DNA of 64,000 bases, taken from assembly GCA_963771075.1 (NCBI GenBank), contig CAVYSE010000006.1, positions 32,001 to 96,000 on the forward strand. Reading direction: 5' to 3'. The position numbers were made by a program, and so were the translations under genes. Of this stretch, positions 58,804-64,000 are shown one piece after another. Each line of letters starts with the position of its first letter. Position 1 is the first letter of the stretch. The notes beneath the pieces are model-generated. The model was not told where the DNA came from. It saw nothing but the letters and a program-made list of their open reading frames with translations, and did not search any database. Source of the stretch: a candidate division FCPU426 bacterium (GTDB taxonomy: Bacteria > Oederibacteriota > Muellerivitia > Muellerivitales > Muellerivitaceae).

Positions 58804-59326
58804 AGCGGACCTCCAAAAATTAATATGCGTGGTAGATGGCCTTAGTAAACACCCTGAGGGAATTGAAGAAAAATAAAAAATGAAAGGGGGTGTATTTTTT
58901 TAGGCTGGCGGGCTGGTTGAACCTTTCAATCGGACAAAAAGACAACAGATTTTCGAGATATTCTTGAAGAGCGCTAGGGGTATTCAAGGAGTAGGATAAT
59001 AAAAGGTCGGCAATCGAAAGATGCGTGAATTTTTAATAATTGATGGCTGACCCCATACACACATAAGCCAAAGAGAGATAGGGGTATATTTTGGGAAAAA
59101 TCAAAGCGCAGTCAGCCAGGCCATTTGGGAATATATCCCTGGACCAGCCACCAACAATATTTGGGCCGAGAGAATAAGCCATTGGCGAAAGTCAAAGGGG
59201 CCAGGCTGGCCTCTTTGTTCATTAGGGAAGGATACTCTTTACTATATTAATAACGGACAACCCAGCGGCCAAATTATCGGAGGGTCGGGCTAGCGGCGGT
59301 TCCTTTCACGGTCACCGGGTTCCCGT

Positions 59327-60385
59327 TCACCCGGCATACCGGTTTTTGTAATTCTCGTAAAGCCGCACCATGTTCCGGAGGCACATGGCGATAGTCATGG
59401 GCCCCACCCTCGGCACATAGACCCCGGCCTTGACCTTGGCGCTGTCCTCGAAGTTCTGGTAATAGGAAAAGTTCAGGCAGATGGCCCCTTCCTTGATTTC
59501 CTCGCCCCGGATCTTCACGAACTCGCGGGACGGAACTCCCGTCACCACCAAGTCTGCGGCGTGTAAAGCCTCCTCCCTCCGAATGGATGAACCGGGTGCA
59601 TGGCCCCCGAATCGGATGCCACCATCGATGTCGAAGGAATAGACCTCCGCGCCGTCGTTGGCGAGCATATAGGCCAAGGGTTTCCCAACCAGGTAAGAAC
59701 GGTTGAAAACAGCCACCCTCACGCCCTTAAAGGACTTGACGGGCGAGACGTCGGGCGCGAGACCGACGAAATCCAGCATCTTCAGGATGGCCAGGGGTGT
59801 ACAAGGAAGGATGGCCTGCTTTGTCTTTTTCGCGTCCACGAAACGGATGTTTTTATACAGGCGGTTCATCCAGAAGGGGGAAAGCCCCTCGATGTCCTTG
59901 TGGGGCGAGACCAGGGACTTGAGGTGGCTGTCGTGGGGTTCTCCCTGGATGGGATAGAACACGAAAATACCGTGGACGTTCGTGTCGGCGTTGGCTTTTT
60001 CGATGGTCCGCCTCACCACCCGGGGGGAAAGCACCCTCAAGTCGAGGGTGATGCCGACTTCCTTGCAGGCGTAGATAAGGTATTGGGCGTAGACCTGGGA
60101 AGCCTTGTCCCCGGTGGCGAGGATTCCCAGGATGCGCAGTTTCAGGCCGTGGCGCCCGATGTAGATCCTCAAACGGGTTCGGAAATAGCGGGCCAAGTCA
60201 TCGGGCTTTTGTTCGCGCCAGGCCTTGGGTTCCAGGTTAGCCCGGGGAATCGCGTATTCGGCGCCGAATTTCTCAGCGTTCCATTTTCCCCGCGCGCAAA
60301 GGGAAGCGACCCTCTTCCGGGAGGTTCCCAGTTTTTGGGCGGCCTCCAGCGTGGTGAAATATTCGTTCGAAAGGGTTTGAATCAT
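59327..60385 (-). CDS. Excisionase-type HTH fused to an Mtd1-like methylenetetrahydrofolate dehydrogenase (FolD superfamily)
   Basis: N-terminal YFTTLEAAQKLGTSRKRVASLCARGKW..AEKFG..YAIP, then KDIEGL, ILPCTPLAI, NRSYLVGKPLA and PRVGPMTIAMCLRN. Confidence 0.85.
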   Translation of the reverse strand: MIQTLSNEYFTTLEAAQKLGTSRKRVASLCARGKWNAEKFGAEYAIPRANLEPKAWREQKPDDLARYFRTRLRIYIGRHGLKLRILGILATGDKASQVYAQYLIYACKEVGITLDLRVLSPRVVRRTIEKANADTNVHGIFVFYPIQGEPHDSHLKSLVSPHKDIEGLSPFWMNRLYKNIRFVDAKKTKQAILPCTPLAILKMLDFVGLAPDVSPVKSFKGVRVAVFNRSYLVGKPLAYMLANDGAEVYSFDIDGGIRFGGHAPGSSIRREEALHAADLVVTGVPSREFVKIRGEEIKEGAICLNFSYYQNFEDSAKVKAGVYVPRVGPMTIAMCLRNMVRLYENYKNRYAG

Positions 60386-60514
60386 GGTTCGCTCCTGAAA
60401 AAGTTGAAAGGCCGGAATGGAATCTGCGCCCCGAAAGATACCTATATAACCGGTAAGGGGAAGCCTGTGCGGAAAATATAACGGACCTGACGGTTTGGGA
60501 TGGGGGGGCCGGGG

Positions 60515-61183
60515 TTAAAAAGTTGGCTTTTCACCATAGGGCCTGGCCCTGATCTTGTGCAATACGCCGTTTTTCGCCGCGCCGACCATCATTCCAAAAT
60601 TGCCCAAGGCGAAATAAAGCCAGGAGGGGATCGCCGGTTTGCGGATGCCCTGAATCGCGGATTGGGGCAAGTCTTCGCCCGCCGCCAGCGAAGCCGCTGA
60701 TTGGTCGAAGGCGCGGAGAATGTGCCGGGCCGCGCCACCCTGTTGTTTCAATGGCTTACCCGAAAACATTCCGCCGCCGCCGATCCCCAAGCCGCCGGCC
60801 CAATGGGAGCCAATCTCGCGGGTGAATAAACGGCAGATATCCAGGCCGGTATCGGTGTGATCGGCCTCGAAGAACCCGCAATTGACCACCCCGAAAATCC
60901 GTTTCGGAGCAACAGGGGCGAGGCTCAGGCGTTCCAGGGTGGCGGTCAATTCGGCGGGAAGGCCATCCACGTATAATGGCGTGATGATGCCGACCACGTC
61001 CGCTTCCCGGAAAGCCGATTCCAGGACCGGCCACTTCTCGCATTGGCGCACGGCTTGGCAGGCGGTTTGATTTTGGGTTTGCCAACCCCAGGAAACGAAG
61101 GCTTCCACCAAGTAATCCGCAAAATATCCGGAGGTGCTGTTGGGGCGGGGACTGCCAACCAGGGCGAGGAATTTTTTTCTCAT
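60515..61183 (-). CDS. Flavodoxin-fold / NAD(P)H-dependent FMN reductase family protein
   Basis: LVGSPR, TPLYVDGLP and NCGF.E motifs. Confidence 0.8.
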   Translation of the reverse strand: MRKKFLALVGSPRPNSTSGYFADYLVEAFVSWGWQTQNQTACQAVRQCEKWPVLESAFREADVVGIITPLYVDGLPAELTATLERLSLAPVAPKRIFGVVNCGFFEADHTDTGLDICRLFTREIGSHWAGGLGIGGGGMFSGKPLKQQGGAARHILRAFDQSAASLAAGEDLPQSAIQGIRKPAIPSWLYFALGNFGMMVGAAKNGVLHKIRARPYGEKPTF

Positions 61184-61755
61184 GAACGCCCCTCCAGTTG
61201 GTCGGCCAGTTGTTCCACTTGCGCTTCCCGTTCTTCCGGCGAAAGATCCTTATGCAATACCGCGCTCCCCGAAAAGGGCGCGTGCATGTTGAGGGCGTTG
61301 CGCGCGGCGATTCGACCAAAAACCTTGGCGCTTTCCTCATCTCTTTTTTCCTGCCAACCCAGGGCCAGGAAAGAATGCGGGGGCTTGTAGCGCAGTTGAT
61401 GGCGCATTTCACCTTGGTATTTCTCGAAAAGAGGGGAAATGGTGGGGATGATGCGATCCACCGCCATTTTCAACCGGCTGGAATATCCGCCGAAGGTCAC
61501 GGGGGAAAGAAATACGAGGGCGTTGCAATGGGCGATGGCTTCATCCACCTGCCGCCCATCATCGTTTTGCGCGCAAATACCCGGGGTTTTCACCCAGCAG
61601 TTAAAGCAACCGATACAGGGGGCGATCTTCATCCCGGCGATATCCAGGGTTTCGGTCCTCCATCCACGCTGTTGGAGCGTTTGGGTGAGCATATGGTAAA
61701 GTTGGAGGCCGAGGGTGTCATTGCTTTGGGTGGAATGTAAAAGAAGAGCCTTCAT
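61180..61755 (-). CDS. Iron-sulfur flavoprotein-like flavodoxin family protein
   Basis: CIGCFNCWVKTPGIC and SPVTFGGYS..LK..VDR motifs. Confidence 0.82.
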   Translation of the reverse strand: MKALLLHSTQSNDTLGLQLYHMLTQTLQQRGWRTETLDIAGMKIAPCIGCFNCWVKTPGICAQNDDGRQVDEAIAHCNALVFLSPVTFGGYSSRLKMAVDRIIPTISPLFEKYQGEMRHQLRYKPPHSFLALGWQEKRDEESAKVFGRIAARNALNMHAPFSGSAVLHKDLSPEEREAQVEQLADQLEGRS

Positions 61756-61840
61756 GGCCGGGCCTTGATGCATGTGAATTTTTGAATGGGCGGGAGAAAG
61801 AAGCTTTGGCCCGCCTATGTTTGATTCAATCTTTAAAAAT

Positions 61841-61962
61841 TGTAACCTCTGAAAAACTCGAAAATTTCACCGCCAAGACGCCAAGTACGCCAAAAAATAT
61901 TTATTTTTTCAGTGAAAACCTCAAAGCAGACGAACCATAAAAAGCTTTTTTCTGAGGTTACA
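61841..61962. mobile_element. MITE-like element with TGTAACCTC...GAGGTTACA ends
   Basis: 16-bp terminal inverted repeats with one mismatch, flanked by AAT on both sides; internal CGCCAAGA/CGCCAAGTA repeats. Confidence 0.6.
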
Positions 61963-62075
61963 AATTATATGACCCTTTGATAACCCTAAAAAAAGGTAAA
62001 TTCTCGACAGCTTTAGAATTTACACAGGATTCAAATGCGCGCGCGATATGGAATAAACCTAAAAGGTAATAATAA

Positions 62076-62333
62076 ACTCGACTTTGGCAAATTTTGGAGT
62101 CGTTCTAATTTTCCCCCTCTGAAAGAGGGGGACTAAGGGGGAGTTAGCCTTTTTAAACCCCATCGACAACGATTAATATCCCCTTTCCCCCTTTTTCACC
62201 CCCATTTCACCATTAAGTATTAAAAAATGAAAATAGGGACGTCTCCATGCTTCATGTCATTCTTTCCAATGGGGCATGGGGGAAGGGGGAATAGTCATAA
62301 GCATGCGCTATTAGAAATTTGCCAAAGTTGAGT
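62076..62333. mobile_element. MITE-like element with 19-bp terminal inverted repeats
   Basis: ACTCGACTTTGGCAAATTT and AAATTTGCCAAAGTTGAGT. The core TCCCCCTCTGAAAGAGGGGGA..AAGGGGGAGTTAGC is nearly the reverse complement of about 52973-53010. Confidence 0.7.
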
Positions 62334-62463
62334 AACAAACCTGATCAACCGGAAAATTGGAGCTATATGAGGAGGATTTTGGCTCTTTTATTACCCTTAA
62401 CTTGGATGCGGAGCATGGGCGGTTGAACCCCCCCTGATGAGTCAATAGGTTCAGAACTAGTTT

Positions 62464-63042
62464 TTACCGATTCCCGTTGATTTCATCGGGTGTTTCATCG
62501 GGTGGTGGGGCGGTGGGAAAGATTATCTTTTTGAATTTGGTTAAAACCTCTTGAAGTGGAATGATCCGATCGGCGGACTGCATCAGTTCCCTTGGTTGGT
62601 TGTCCGGGAATAGGGCGATTTCCAAGTGTTTCCCCAGTTCCTTGACGAGGGTGAGGGGATGCCCCAAATCCGAATCCTCGGTCAGGACGATTAGGGTGTC
62701 GCAGTCGTTTTTTCCAGCGCGATAGAGCAGTTCGGAAGCGAGGAGGATATCCGTTCCCGTTTCCGTGAAGCCGCCGCCTTTTTCAGGGAGAAGTTTCCCC
62801 AGCCTTATCTCCAGGAGCGGATTTTTCTCCAAGGAGGAGAAAAAGGGTTTCTGGCTCGCGTATTGTTCAGGCGATAGAACGGGGTCGTAGGCGGAATTAA
62901 AATAAAAACTGCGGACCAGCTGGCGATCAGGACCCGCGAGGGCTTTTGACAACTCGAAGTAACTCACCCTGGTGGAAAAATTATTCCGTTTCAAGGCAAA
63001 GTAAAAGTGGCTTCCATCAATGAACACACACACACGTTCCAA
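62464..63042 (-). CDS. NYN/LabA (PIN-like) domain protein
   Basis: VFIDGS, RSFYF, E.GTDILLA, TEDSDL and ELMQSAD motifs. Confidence 0.85.
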   Translation of the reverse strand: MERVCVFIDGSHFYFALKRNNFSTRVSYFELSKALAGPDRQLVRSFYFNSAYDPVLSPEQYASQKPFFSSLEKNPLLEIRLGKLLPEKGGGFTETGTDILLASELLYRAGKNDCDTLIVLTEDSDLGHPLTLVKELGKHLEIALFPDNQPRELMQSADRIIPLQEVLTKFKKIIFPTAPPPDETPDEINGNR

Positions 63043-63510
63043 GCGATTGTCCTAACTCGATAGTTTTTTTTGGCAGACCAATTTCAGTTGATCGCTATCA
63101 CCTAATACCTAAATATTAACAAATCGGGGAAAAAGTATCGAACCCATCGGATATTTATTGGGCAGAAATCAATTTAAGCGTTTTTACGCTTTTCCTTCGG
63201 ACTATAAGGACGTTTTCACGATATGAATGCCTAAATGAGGCTTTAAACCGTGTATTCGTGGCCGGTTTTGATTAGACCTAAGACGATATTTTTTTGAAAG
63301 TAACCCCTGAAAGTGTACGAAATTTCTGGCTTTTATCATTGGGACCATTTTCTATCTGGAATATGTAAAAAGGCGGTCCACCCAGTCCATGGGGAAATCC
63401 AAACATGCCTGTAGCTCGTTTAAGTAAGGCGATGAAGGCGCTCAGGGTAGAGATTTTTGGGACTTTCCCGAATTTGCAGATAAAGGGTTTTTGAAGTGCT
63501 TTTTGTGGTC

Positions 63511-63784
63511 TGTCATCGAGAGGAGGCGCCCCAATCGGGGCGGTTGCCGACGTCGCGATCTCAGTTCGATGTTCGTCTTGGCTTTTTTAAACTGGGATTG
63601 TCCATGGGCTTTAGCCCATGGATGGTTGGCCGAATTCAGGCCAACTACCACAAGCCTCTCGTGAACGTCCGCCTAGCCCCGTTTTTCTTTAATGGTAAAT
63701 AAGGAAAATGGGATGATCCCGCATCACCTTTTAATATTTTCAAAAGGAAACGCGGGATATCGGCGGCCACTCGTCGCAATGACA
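63511..63784. repeat. REP-like palindromic element with a nested CCATGGGCTTTAGCCCATGG palindrome
   Basis: Ends TGTCATCGAG and CGCAATGACA resemble the 10703 element; nested palindrome at 63602-63621. Confidence 0.55.
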
Positions 63785-64000
63785 ATCAAATAAAGCAAGA
63801 TTTAAAACAGACTCTATCTGCAAATTCAGGAAAGAGGCGGATTTTTAAATCGAAAACATGTTGTACACCCCAAGCAACCATTTTGTTTTTATGAAAGACG
63901 GCGAACCTTTCGAATCGGGCCGTGTTTATCAAAACGAGATTAAACCGTGAGGCCGTTTTAACCGAATCAGCCCTTCATCATGTTTTTGTAATAGGCGTTC

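Noticed and set aside
59333..59340. GGCATACC matching the tRNA 3' end, as a possible attR
   Set aside because: Only 8 bp, inside a CDS end, and no integrase is present; expected by chance.
1..64000. CRISPR array
   Set aside because: No regularly spaced direct repeats with unique spacers and no cas genes were seen.
63967..64000. Possible 3' end of a minus-strand gene entering the window
   Set aside because: Too short to support a call.

Overview
A gene-dense bacterial chromosome segment from a diderm organism (LolCD, TamB, BamA) that also carries mcsA-mcsB-clpC. The lineage cannot be fixed from sequence alone. About 1-40 kb is mostly housekeeping: ymdB (partial), a complete IS30-family element, 5-formyl-THF cyclo-ligase, rarA, 6S RNA, glgP, an elongated zapA, pheT, frameshifted prfB, lysS, lolC/E-lolD, mcsA-mcsB-clpC, tamB-bamA, surE, a MetE-core-like enzyme, nfu and purB-S-Q-L-F...M. 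About 40-64 kb is accessory: an orphan HEPN gene, a GH5 glycanase, two tandem secreted SGNH paralogues (the second frameshifted), a CE7 esterase and tRNA-Arg(UCG). The tRNA is followed by an island-like block with a HigBA-like toxin-antitoxin pair and an 861-aa ParB-HTH-transmembrane protein, then an HTH-fused yeast-Mtd1-like methylene-THF dehydrogenase, two flavodoxin-fold genes and a NYN gene. The most unusual items are the membrane-anchored ParB-like protein, the HTH-Mtd1 fusion, and several families of REP/MITE-like palindromes, some translated in frame inside genes. All calls come from reading motifs by eye; no database searches were run.
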